Notes under the pieces: model-generated
Databases searched by the model: none
What the model saw: only the letters and a program-made list of their open reading frames with translations
Told to the model about the DNA's origin: nothing
In this document: positions 24,997 to 36,680 of the stretch, piece by piece
How the letters are laid out: each line of letters opens with the position of its first letter
Numbering within the stretch: position 1 is the first letter of the stretch
Origin: Stylophora pistillata
Taxonomy: Eukaryota
DNA: 64,000 bases
Reading direction: 5' to 3'
Assembly (NCBI RefSeq): GCF_002571385.2
Contig: NW_019218043.1
Span: 360,390 to 424,389, forward strand
Position numbers and translations under genes: made by a program

Positions 24997-27172
24997 CTAA
25001 CGGAGTGAAATTTCCATTTTCACGACCAATGTATCGTTCTTTAAATATTTTGGCTGGGATACCTCATAAATGGGGGCAAATCTTTCGAATCCACAGCCAG
25101 TGCTGTTCCAAATGGCTGCGGGTTTTTGGAATGCTACCAGGTTCGGAGAGGCAGTCAGAACTTTGGTGATATCATTGGGGATTTCAGAACCACTTCTATC
25201 CAAGATTGACAACGTTACCACGCCAGTGAAGGGCCATTGCAGTCGGTCATCATATTCGCCTTGCATCATGTGGACATAGATCGCAACATGGCTGTCAACC
25301 CCACTTTTGACACCGTTAGGATACATCACCATGCAGAAATTGTACCCATAAAGCCTGTTGCAGATTGGGGGACTAAACTGAGCTACCATATCTCGGCTGA
25401 TAGCATCTTCACGACGCGTTTGAAAATTTCGAATTTTCCAATGATATGTTCCGGAACAGAATCGCCCTTCGAACTGGCTCATAATGGCTTCATCAAACCG
25501 ACCCAACCTGGAAAGTAAACCACAAGATCAGGGGCTTGCTCCTGGAGTAGGAAGCAAAGCATCTTCAAGATGTTTTAACATCTCAGTGTTTAATGCCGGT
25601 CTTAAAATGTCTTTCTTATGCCTATTCGGAATTAAAACTCGTCTCACAAAGATAACTAAATACGTTTTCTTATAAGAATTTGGTCGTTGCACTTTCACAG
25701 TCCACACTTATTTCTTTCATGTCTCTTAAGTGTACGTCGAACAAGCCTTGATTTTCATTTTCTAGGTATAGCTTAGAAGTAGCTAAAAAATGTCTGTATT
25801 GTCTATATTCAGTCTGGACATCCGAAACTTTCCACCGTTCTCTCTTACGAAAGCAGACACCTTGTGAAAGAGGCCGTTTTTTCGTTGCACTAGCCCCCCA
25901 AAGTAAATTGCAGAAGTTGGAAACTGTTATTAACACAAGTCCTTCATCCTTCCATCATTAAAGATACGCGAAGCTAAACGATGATGGATTGAACTAATGC
26001 AACACTCATTTGAGCAAGGACTAAAAAGGAGGACTGAAGCAACATTCAGATTTCAAACATTAAGTTTTGAAAAGAAGAATATGGTCAGTTCTGTATTTAT
26101 GGCAATAAGATACTACCTACCTGTAGACGTTTTCATCCCACAACACCATTCCCTGTGTGTCACAATAATGCTCTGTAGCATGATCCTTCTGTTTAGGTCG
26201 AATGGTCCCACTCGGCAATCCTCTCCGACGGTACTGTTGGTTAACATCAAGTCCCTCCTCAGTATCTGAAACATTCATACTACGCGAAAGGTGGTCTCCT
26301 GATTCCCGACATCCGATCGAGGAACTTAGAGTCCTTCCTTGGCCTGCATCTCGTAACAATCCCTCCAAGCATCTACTCAATCCACTCGTCTGATGGCCAC
26401 TTGCAGGTCCTTCAGTTTCTTCTACCCCAATCCGATGAGATGTCCAACTTCCCTCTCCGTACGCTTCTCCAGGTTCTGGCCGTAGCTGTGGTTGCTGTTC
26501 TTCCATTGGGAACCTTGGCTCCTGAATCGATTGAGGTGGAATCACCCGTCCAACTGGGCGCTGCCAAATGGGAAGTGATTGGCCACCAATTCCTTCCTAA
26601 TAGAAGAGAATTAAATAGTGTCACAGGTTGTTTAATGAATTTATCCATATAATATATTTCATTCTCAAATCTAAAGAAAAAAAAACAGTTCTCGTACAAG
26701 GAAAAAAACAGTGTTAGGTGTTTGCACATAATCGGTCGATACTTCGGCTTCAGTTGCACCTCTCAAAAAAGTAACTAGAGTGAAAAGGCTGTTACTAAAT
26801 ATCCATTTTATGAAGTTCTTTCTCAAGTTCTTCGGAAAGCGAGCCAAGCAGTTCTTACACATGTAGAGCACTACGAAAATTTGCTGAGAAATATGTTACT
26901 CCACCACATAGACCACTTGCGCAAATCTGCTCACACTGCTGAAGAGGTCTGCTGAGTACGACTTTCAATTGAAGTGGAACACGTCCGATTATTGTATACG
27001 CTGCTCCTCGATAAAAATACAATTGTTCTTCTGTCGCATGTATAGGATGCTACATGGCTGCGCGTTTTATGTTCTAGTCTTGAAAATATCTCAGAGGTAA
27101 AAAAATTTGCAAAATACCTCTTGGTGTCGTAACGGTTGATAACCGTCTTCTGGATTAGCTTGTGCGTTCCTG
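24997..27172 (-). CDS. TRAF6-like MATH/TRAF-domain protein without a visible RING (exons 27172-27118, 26596-26121, 25507-24997); 5' end not found
   Basis: MATH motifs GTYHWKIRNF, FSPP...GYNFC...YPNG, VHMMQGEYDDRLQWPFTG.VTLSILD and AFQKP...GCGFERF. The upstream P/Q/E/S-rich exon splices in frame (phase 2). Confidence 0.87.
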
Positions 27173-28786
27173 CTTTAAAAAAAAATAAAAGAATTTTTAT
27201 GTAGATTTCAAATAAAGCAAACCATAGCCATTCACACGCAACTCTAAGAACATCAACGTAATAATAACTTTCCATTAAACAATTAAGTACAATAGGTCAA
27301 TGAGGATAGTTAAGATGATTTGATTTGGTAGATTTCAAAGTTAGTTAGTCAGGTAACCGACTATAGGTTTACCATCGGGTTTCTCCACAAATGTCTGTCA
27401 CGTGCAATGGGGAATACCGCAGACACGTAAGCTTATCGTGCAAAATCCTTCAATTACTCTTTTCAGTCAGTTATCTGGCACAGATTCGGCTAACTCGCAA
27501 TATATTATGAAAGATGAGGTATTACCTCTAAGGCCCACAACAAAACTTATCCTTCTACAATTTTTTGCGCTGTAACCACAGCATCCGATAAGGATGCAAA
27601 GATCTTATAACTTACCGAAAATTAAAATGTTGACTTATACCGCAAACGTATATCAATTAATTATAGAGGCTTCAGCATTAATTTGATGACACCTGATCTC
27701 ACAATCGGTCTTAGTCTTGCTGGTTATTCGATTGTGCATGCAAATAAGAGATTATAGACCATTCTTTAGTAAACTGCTTAGACCTCTGACACTGAAAACC
27801 TACATTCCCTCTGTTTTACTCTACGATTGAACAAGCAAGCCCTAGAGACCAATTAGCAATGATTCTTGACAACTTCTACGTTAATCAATTACATAAAGAA
27901 CAAGACAATCCAAGATCGTAAGTCGGGCTACAGGAGACGTCCTGTTATGTGTATTGACCATTCGTGGTGCGCAGTGGTTCTAAAAGAAATATTAAGGAGG
28001 TACCAAGGTCCTGGTTTGTGGGCGTGGCATAAAATTTTTTTTTCACCCGAGAGACACCAATTCTACAACAACGCACTCTCACATATTTTTGGTGCAATGC
28101 CCTAAAAGGTATCACAGAAGCTGCTACTATTTCAGAAAATCGAACTCGCCAAGTGAGCTCAAATTTCTTGTTCATGAGCGTATATTTCGAACCGGTCGTT
28201 CCGCGAACTCAAAATAGCAAAAGAATCAAATGATTTAGCGAAGGTCTCTCTAGAATCAAACCAGAAATCGAATGAGTCATCAGTGAACAGAAAATGTGGA
28301 CAGAGAGACAGGAGAACATTTGCTGATAAATACAAGGTGCCTCGTGATCAAACTCTGGGAGACGACAACAAAGATGCCATGTTGGACTTTCATCAGTGAG
28401 GATAAACGTAATTGTTATATTTATGTGACCTCTATTATGATTATTAAGCTTACATAATTTTGTTATGCTTTTGCTTGAACAGAGTATATTATCTGTTGTT
28501 ATTTTTCTGTTCGTTCCATTAGTTATGTCGCTTTTGTGCGAATATTAAATTCACGTATTTGTTCTGCGGGAATGTTTGTTTGGTACAAAACAACGCGGTG
28601 TCAAATGAATGTGAATAATGTATAATTTGGACAAAGTAGCGCCATGTATACAACAAAAGTGTGACGAATCAGCGTTGTGTGCACAACAAAATGATGTTGC
28701 AAAAGAAATAAAGTATGTAAAAGAATTCAGATTTCATCATGCGGTGTTTGTTAATCGTTGTGATATTAACAGTGTAATTCAATAAT

Positions 28787-29854
28787 AGCCCTTATACCAG
28801 TTCCGCGCGCGCAGTTTAGTTGGACAGCATTATTCTTTGGTTGCGTACGCGAAAGCGAGGCTATCGGGTCAAGCTTCCCAGAAGATTACTAGCAGGGGTG
28901 TAGAAAATATTACATCGCTGTTAAAGTTTAGGTGAAACACAATGGTTAGACACTGTATAACCTTTGGCTGTACGAGCCGGAGTTCAAAAGAAGATTGTCG
29001 CGGCCTCGCATGGAATTCCTTGCCGCTATCAAACAATGATCTTCTCCAGAAATGACTGGTAAAAATCCGAAGAGAGAACACTCCTTTAAACAAAAATTCC
29101 TATCTATGTAGCAAGTAATTTGAGCCCGAGTGCTCTATAAAGTCCCTAGGGGGACAGCGAATGCGACTCAAACCGGACGCTGTACCTACGAAGTTTATTT
29201 TGTCTGCTGAAAAGCCACGGAGGAAAATACCTTATGATCGACAAGCAATAACAACAACAACAGAGAAGAGTAGTTACTGCGAGATGTCTCAATGTGACAA
29301 AGGATACGGCTGTCTACATTAATGTCATTGATGAGCAACTGAAGAGCATCGAAAACACAGATCCAATCGTGTTCAAAGATCCACTCGAATCCACAGAATC
29401 AGAAAGACCACTGCTTGCAACAGCTGCGGTGGTACTAGTAGTTTTTCTCGCTTCGCTCACTTGTTTACTTGCCAAGTGCTACCACTTTTTAAGAAAACCA
29501 TCATCCCATCCGTTCTTGTGTAGCATATAACCCTATTTTAAAGAAAAGGTCCACAGACATTACGATTCGGTAACGAGTTATCATCAGGGTAAAAATGCCA
29601 AGATTTAAATAAATGTTATGAACTCACCTTTGAACTAGCACGGGTTTCGAAGCTGTCCATCCAGCACTTCCATTTTTGGCAGTTAAAAATGCTGATTTTG
29701 AAAATAATTCAACATTTTCGACGCTAATGCTAAATTCGACTTACCACTTCTGTAATCTTCGAGAAAGCTTGACCCGATAGCCTCGCTTTTGTGTGCACTA
29801 ATACAGGAAGCCGCTGTCCAACTACACCGCACACGCAGAACTGGAATAAGGGCT
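28787..29854 (+). mobile_element. Defective THAP-bearing DNA transposon with ~100 bp imperfect TIRs (ISL2EU/Harbinger-like)
   Basis: AT|AGCCCTTAT...ATAAGGGCT termini. THAP domain from 28942: MVRHCITFGC...SLP...K*LVKIRR...LCSK*FEPEC...LKPDAVPT, with stops at the conserved W and H. Confidence 0.8.
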
Positions 29855-29859
29855 GTTGG

Positions 29860-30955
29860 GAAATATTAGTACAGTATGTCTACAGAAAGGGCTTTTGAAT
29901 CAGTCTTGTCACAAAATGACTATTCATTTATTCTGACAATAGAATGTAAATGGTGTCAGTATCTATCATACAGATAATGGAGGTTATGAGATATTTGATT
30001 CTCATGCAAGAGACGAATATGGTAGAGGCCATCGCTCAGGTATATGTGTACTATTGGAAGTACCATCTGTTCAGGGCTTAGTACAGTATTTCCACACTAT
30101 ACACTCCCTCAGTGACAATTATGAACTCAGAGGAGTGCAGATAAGTACGTATGAAATAACTGCAGTGAACAGTTTGAGAGAAGAACACAACTGCTCTTGA
30201 AAACAATGCTCTGCTGTAGGGCTTTACGCAATGTGTTACTAAGTAGCAAAGTCTTGTAGTTAGTAGAATTCCAGAACCCTATGTTGCATAGCTGACCGAG
30301 GAAATAAATTATATCGTAACATGAGCATCAACAGGCATCTGAAAAGGGAAGATTTATACGCGAGTATTAATGTTTGTGGAGTTGAGATATCAGTCCAAAT
30401 TAACGTTCAAAGCTATGGGATGTTATCCAGTGGTTTAAACTATAAAAAAAAAGTTGGAAAACTTAATTTTCAACAACTACAGTGGAAATACAAGGTTTTT
30501 ATAGTGGCTTGCAAGTTACTATTAGGTATTACTTGTATTTTTCAACAAACAGTCAGAGCAAAGTGCATGTTCTCCTTATTGACCTATGAAGATACTTGTG
30601 AACTTGCAAAACAGCAAATGAAAACAAGTGGTAAACCAACATTAGAACAAGCTATTTCTAACATCAATATTGTCACAAAGAAACTTAAAACAGGTATTTG
30701 TTCACTATGAAATACAATTTTTGTCTTGCTCATCTAACATGGACCTACATCAAATCAGACACATGCAAAAGCACAGACGAAAATATAATTAAAAAAAATT
30801 TGGAACCCGCTCCAAAAATGAAAAGATTGCCACAGATAAATTTTAGAAACAAAAGCAAATCCAAACTTAGACAGCAGCATGAGAGTGAGACAATCCCAAC
30901 TTTTGATATCTGCATTAATTAACTCAAGGAGAAAATCAGAGGTCCTTATTAGGTA
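29860..30955 (+). pseudogene. Decayed Helitron-like ORF fragment with herpes-tegument-type (peptidase C76-like) cysteine-protease motifs
   Basis: YEIFDSHARDEYG...GICVLLE at ~29985-30060; KQCSAVGLYAMCY...IADRGNKLY at ~30200-30315; KEKIR(E)GPY near 30930. Multiple stops and frameshifts. A mirror copy lies at ~35350-36440(-). Confidence 0.6.
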
Positions 30956-31486
30956 TATAATTAGGTATATATTAGGTATAGAATTGTACAGTCAATTGAG
31001 TATAAATAGTGATTATTGCTTAATGTTTTACTTTTTTGTTGCTTAATGTATTACTTTTTATATTCCTTTTTCTCTCTTTGTAAATCGTAAATATAGTATG
31101 CTAGCTTTTAATGAATATTTTCCTCGTGAAATCATGTGGTGGTGATCATCTCAAAAGCAATTGCTACTGTGGTCACTACACACTTCTCCCTTTCCTACAA
31201 TATGTAAAACTCTTAGCACTCTATTTTCTCCTTTTATTCTATCTCACTTGTAGTTAATGATATCAATAGGCCAAAATAAAGATGATGATGATGTTGATGA
31301 TGATGAGGTATGCTATGCATGCAATGTTTTCACGATGAAATATACTTCCTTGCATTCAGACCGTTATAATTACAGTTTCATAATATATCTTTTTCACACG
31401 TGTATCAATTGGCATGTACTTATCACCCTTGGGAAGGGGGGACTCCTTAAATAAAAAGGACTGGGGTGCTCATTGTACCTTTTAGG

Positions 31487-31559
31487 GCAACCTCGTTCCC
31501 AGAGCCTTTTCCCTTAGCCGGGGGCCAGCTAACGGAAAAGGCCCTGGGAACGAGTTTGC
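31487..31559. mobile_element. Small foldback element (caacctcgttcccag...ctgggaacgag)
   Basis: Hairpin with ~25 bp arms. A related copy is at 34669-34771. Confidence 0.7.
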
Positions 31560-32024
31560 TTTTAAGGGTTAAAAAAGGTGGGTTTGGTACCTCTTAGGCT
31601 GTTCATCCTTAAAAGGTCCACAGTAGCAGCTTCTGTGATACCTTTTAGGGCATTGCACCAAAAATATGTGAGAGTGCGTTGTTGTAGAATTGGTGTCTCT
31701 CGGGTGAAAAAAAATTTTATGCCACGCCCACAAACCAGGACCTTAGTACCTCCTTTATATTTTTTTTAGAACCAATGCGCACCACGAATGGACAATACAC
31801 ATAACAGCACGTCTCCTGTAGCCCGACTTACGATCTTGGATCGTCTTGTTCCTTATGTAATTGATTAACGTAGAAGTTGTCAAGAATCATTGCTAATTGG
31901 TCTCTAAGGCTTACTTGTTCAATCGTAGAGTAAAACAGAGGTAGTGTAGGTTTTCAGTGTCAGAGGTCTAAACAGTTTACTAAAGAACGGTCTATAATAT
32001 GTTATTTGCATAATCGAATAACCA

Positions 32025-32596
32025 GCAAGACGATGTTTCACTTCGTCGACCATCTTTGCAAGTAAATCTGCTGTAAGTTTACATTGCTCTTCTTCAATAC
32101 GCTCTGCTTCTCTATCTTCCAGATCATCCTTATGTTTACAGGTCATGTGTCTCTTCAATCCGCGTAAACTTTTACATTCCTTCGAGCAGAGCGTGCACAA
32201 GAGCTCGTCCTCTTGTACCTAAAAACAACAACAGCAAAATACACGATCAGAACGCCAACAAACAATCATAAAAGTTTATAAACTATAAAAAAAAGTTGTT
32301 TTAAATAATCAAAGTTATCAATTGTATGTGTTTTAGCAAGAGTTCGACCAGGCAAACTACCACAGATACGAAAAATCGAGTTTTTGATAGCAGCAACAAG
32401 CTTTTGAAAACTTTCGACCGAATAGTCGCAAAAATTAGTAAAATAAGCTACGTAATACGTAAAATTCTGGAATAATTTGCCTTACCTCACTAACAGCTTC
32501 ATTAAAGCTTTCATCAATGAGATCACTGGCCTCTAAAGCCTCAACAACCCCGTCTAAATCATCTCCAAACAAGAAAAGATCGCTATCTTCCGCCAT
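32025..32596 (-). pseudogene. Truncated two-exon acidic-leader + C2H2 zinc-finger ORF, probably transposon-borne (exons 32596-32486, 32218-~32025)
   Basis: MAEDSDLFLFGDDLDGVVEALE...VSE|VQEDELLCTLCSKECKSLRGLKRHMTCKH with a GT-AG phase-0 intron. The ORF runs into inverted repeat A. Confidence 0.65.
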
Positions 32597-34411
32597 GTTG
32601 CTTGGAATGCTGCTGGATTGAATGCACGGTGTATGTCACGTGAGAGGCAGTCTCGACCTCGAAAGTTAAGCAATAACCTCGGCCTTTCAAGTTTGCCGCC
32701 CTTCCTAACCTGTCCCCTCGATTAACTATGGTTTGATTTATCATCTTACGGGTTCATGTCGGACTAATTTGATGACCTGCTCCCAGTTAGCTTGTTAGCT
32801 GAGAGGATGGTGCACACATACGTGTTCCTTGAGTTGAATTCAGGAATAATACGCTGAGTTTGAGAGTTCCGCAATCAAAAGTGCGAACTTTGTAGACACA
32901 CCATGGTATAAGTGTGATTTCGGTTACCTTTATGGAAAACTAAGCCATATTGGCAATCGCAGAACTACATGCCAATAATTCAATGCCTATAATAAGCAAG
33001 TGCTCGGATTTTTATACTTTTATTTAATGTTATTTTGCTTTCTATTATCTTTATTATTTTTGAAAGCTTTGTTCGCATCGGCATCAAACAGCACGTAATT
33101 TCCTAGGCGAGGTGGTGGGTCATGGTGGCTCTTTCNCTTAAAGATCTTTTTTCCTCATAAAAAAGCATGATGGCAAGTGTTGAGGAAAATAACGTTAAGA
33201 TAAGAATTTGGACGCTAAATTTGAATCGAACTATACCTACCTTGCCATGATGCTCTTTTTGTTAAAAACTTTTTGACATCTCGTGCAAGAAACTTTGATA
33301 AAGAAGTTTTTCGAAAAAGACAGACCTAGTCGATGCAGTGTTTTTTTTTTGTGAAAGAAAAAGCAGAAATTCTGTGGTTTTTTTTTTCAACTAAAACTGG
33401 ATTTGGCATTTAGGGGATAATTTTTCTTTCAAGAGATGTTGTTTGACTAGTCTTAGCGGAAAATTTTGAAGGAGACCTTGATTGATTGCTTGGCACAAAA
33501 CTTGTCAAAGGAAACTGTGTGCAAACTGTGCCAAATTTTCCCGCCAAATGTCTTAATATATATACGAAATATTTTTCTAGACACCCTTTTAATTAATTTA
33601 ATTGTAAATTACTTAAAAAATTAACTTTCTACTTAATGAATTTTAAAGAAAATAGTGATTTGCTAATTGAGTATATTTATTGAAGACAATAAAAAAAATA
33701 CACCAAAAAACTGAATGCTTTATTTCATTGACTTGTTATTGGTACAAAAAGACAAGTAAAAATATGGAGGTTATGAAAGAAAATTAAAAAAAAGCGCATG
33801 CGTATTTTTTAAGTCTTTTGGCGGGAAAATGAACCACATTTGAACAGAAGTTACTTGCAGAATCACTAAAGAAATTAAGCGCATGCGTAGAAAAAGCGCC
33901 TGTATTTTTCTAAGTTTTTTCGGCGGGAAAATTTTAAGGATTTAAACAGCCCACGTGTCAATTGTACAGCAAAGTCCCAAAAATTGCGATTTCTTTTGGC
34001 TTTGAGTGTTCGATGTTGGCAAATAAATCCTTAATCTGAATAAATCGGTTCTTTCATTGAATTAGGTAATTCTCGATCAAATAGTGCTTGAAGCTTCAGA
34101 GATATTCCCAAGTTGGCCTGCAAAAAATTGATAACAATCATTGGAATCAACAACTGTGAAGCAATTAACTACCTGTAATCTGGTGGTTTGTTAGCAAGTA
34201 TATTATCCTTGATGTTAGGAGTTTAATTCATTATTTAATGAGTGAAAGCAGGAGGAAACGTGGATTGACGATGCAGTCAATTCGATTGCTGTTGATATTG
34301 CAATAATTAGTATAGATTCGTGGAGGTTTCTTTTCTTTCTAATTTTTCGCTGTCGAATAAGTTTGATTTTAATTTTCTCCCACTTGTTTTTACGGCTATC
34401 TAAGTTCACCT

Positions 34412-34620
34412 TTTAACTCCCATGCGTGACCAAGACAGAATTTCTCCCTACAATATCAATACAACATCAAGCAGACAAGTAATGAGAATAGGAAAAAAAA
34501 AAAAAAAAAATTAGGGGATTCAGTTGATCCAATACCAAATTCTCCAAACCAACATCATAAGAATTGTATGGCGGACAGTAAGGAGAATTGCTAACAAGAT
34601 CTTGGCAGTGAAAGGGTTAA
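34412..34620. mobile_element. TTAA-flanked MITE (piggyBac-like)
   Basis: ttaactcccatg...gtgaaagggTTAA terminus. A fragment of the same family is near 18165-18230. Confidence 0.6.
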
Positions 34621-36450
34621 GCAAGCATGTTATGATTTTGGATTCAAGCAACAACAAGCGATTAATCTCAACCTCGTTCCCAGGGCCTTTTCCCTTAGTT
34701 GGGTGGAGCTGGGGGTGGGGCGGGAAAAGCTCCACCCCCAGCTAAAGGAAAAGGCCCTGGGAAAAAGGTTGGATTTATCTCAATGCTCACCAACAATTAC
34801 ACGTGGATGATGCAATAGTTTCTTTTAACTAATATAACAATGAGCACCCCAGTCCCTTTTATTTAAGGAGTCCCACCTTCCCAAGGGTGATAAGTACATG
34901 CCAATTGATACACGTGTTAAAAAGATATATTATGAAATTGTAATTATAACGGTCTGAATGCAAGGAAGTATATTTCATCGTGAAAACATTGTATGCATAG
35001 CATACCTCATCATCATCATCTTTATTTTGGCCTATTTATATCATTAACTACAAGTGAGATAGAATAAAAGGAGAAAATAGAGAGCGCAGAGTTTTACATA
35101 TTGTAGGAAAGGGAGAAGTGTGTAGTGACCACAGTAGCAATTGCTTTTGAGATGGTCACTATCACATGATTTCACGAGGAAAATATTTATTAAAAGCCAG
35201 CATACTATATTTAAGATTTACATAGAGGGAAAAATGGATATAAAAAGTAATACATTAAGCAACAAAAAAGTAATACATTAAGCAATAATCACTATTTATA
35301 CTCAATTGATCGTACAATTCTATACCTAATATATACCTAATTATATACCTAATAAGGACCTTCTCTGATTTTCTCCTTGAGTTAATTAATGCACATATCA
35401 ATAGTTGGGATTGTCTCACTCCCATGCTGCTGTCTAACTTTGGATTTGCTTTTGTTTCTGAAATTTATCTGTGGCAATCTTTTAATTTTTGGAACGGGTT
35501 CCAAATTTTTTATAATTATATTTTCGTCTGTGCTTTTGCATGTGTCTGATTTGATGTAGGTCCATGTTAGCTGAGCAAGACAAAAATTGTATTTCATAGT
35601 GAACAAATACCTGTCTTAAGTTTCTTTGTGACAATATTGATGTTAGAAGTAGCTTGTTCTAATGTTGGTTTACTACTTCTTTTCATTTGTTGTTTTGCAA
35701 GCTTACAAGTATCTTCATAAGTCAATAAGGAGAACATGCACTTTGCTTTGACTGTTTGTTGAAAAATACAAGTAATACCTAACAGTAACTTGCAAGCCAC
35801 TATAAAAACCCTGTATTTCCACTGTAGTTGTTGAAAATTAAGTTTTTCAACTTTTTTTTTATAGTTTAAACCACTGGATAACATCCCATAGCTTTGAGCT
35901 TTAATTTGGACTGATATCTCAACTCCACAAACATTAATACTCGCGTATAAATCTTCCCTTTTCAGATGCCTGTTGATGCCCATGTTACGATATAATTTAT
36001 TTCCTCGGTCAGCTATGCAACATAGGGTTCTGGAATTCTACTAACTACAAGACTTTGCTACTTAGTAACACATTGCATAAGGCCCTACAGCAGTGCATTG
36101 TTTTCAAGAGCATTTTTGTTCTTCTCTCAAACTGTTCACTGCAGTTATTTCATACGTACTTATCTGCACTCCTCTGAGTTCCATAATTGTCACTGAGGGA
36201 GTGTATAGTCTGGAAATACTGTACTAAGCCCTGAACAGATGGCACTTCTAATAGTGCACATGTACCTGAGGGATGGCTTCTACCATATTGGTCTCTTGCA
36301 TGAGAATCAAATATCTCATAACCTCCATTATCTGTATGATAGATACTGACACCATTTACATTCTATTGGCAGAATAAATGAAGAGTAATTTTGTGACAAG
36401 ACTGATTCAAAAGCCCTTTCTGTAGACATACTGTACTAATATTTCTCAAT

Positions 36451-36680
36451 AGCCCTTATTCCAGTTCTGCGTGTGCGGTGTAGTTGGACATCGGCTTCCT
36501 GTATTAGTGCACACAAAAGCGAGGCTATTGTGTCACCAAACTTTAACAGCGATGTAATATTTTCTACACTCCTGCTAGTAATCTTCAGGGAAGCTTGACC
36601 TGATAGCCTCGCTTTCGCGTACGCAACCAAAGGATACTGCTGTCCAACTAAACTGCGCGCGCGGAACTGGAATAAGGGCT
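36451..36680 (-). mobile_element. 230 bp internally deleted derivative (MITE) of the 28787-29854 transposon
   Basis: Same TIRs and same flanks, with AT on both sides; the THAP-bearing interior is absent. Confidence 0.85.

Larger units (their letters stand above)
27714..32030. repeat. Inverted repeat A: 27714-28128 vs 31622-32030
   Basis: gtcttgctggttattcg...cagaagctgctact is the reverse complement of agtagcagcttctg...cgaataaccagcaagac. ORFs 27945-28175(-) and 31578-31769(+) share a peptide. Confidence 0.9.

Noticed and set aside
27376-27420. NF-kB-like sites (gggtttctcc, ggggaatacc) near TRAF gene 1
   Set aside because: Imperfect matches expected by chance, and the promoter position is unknown.
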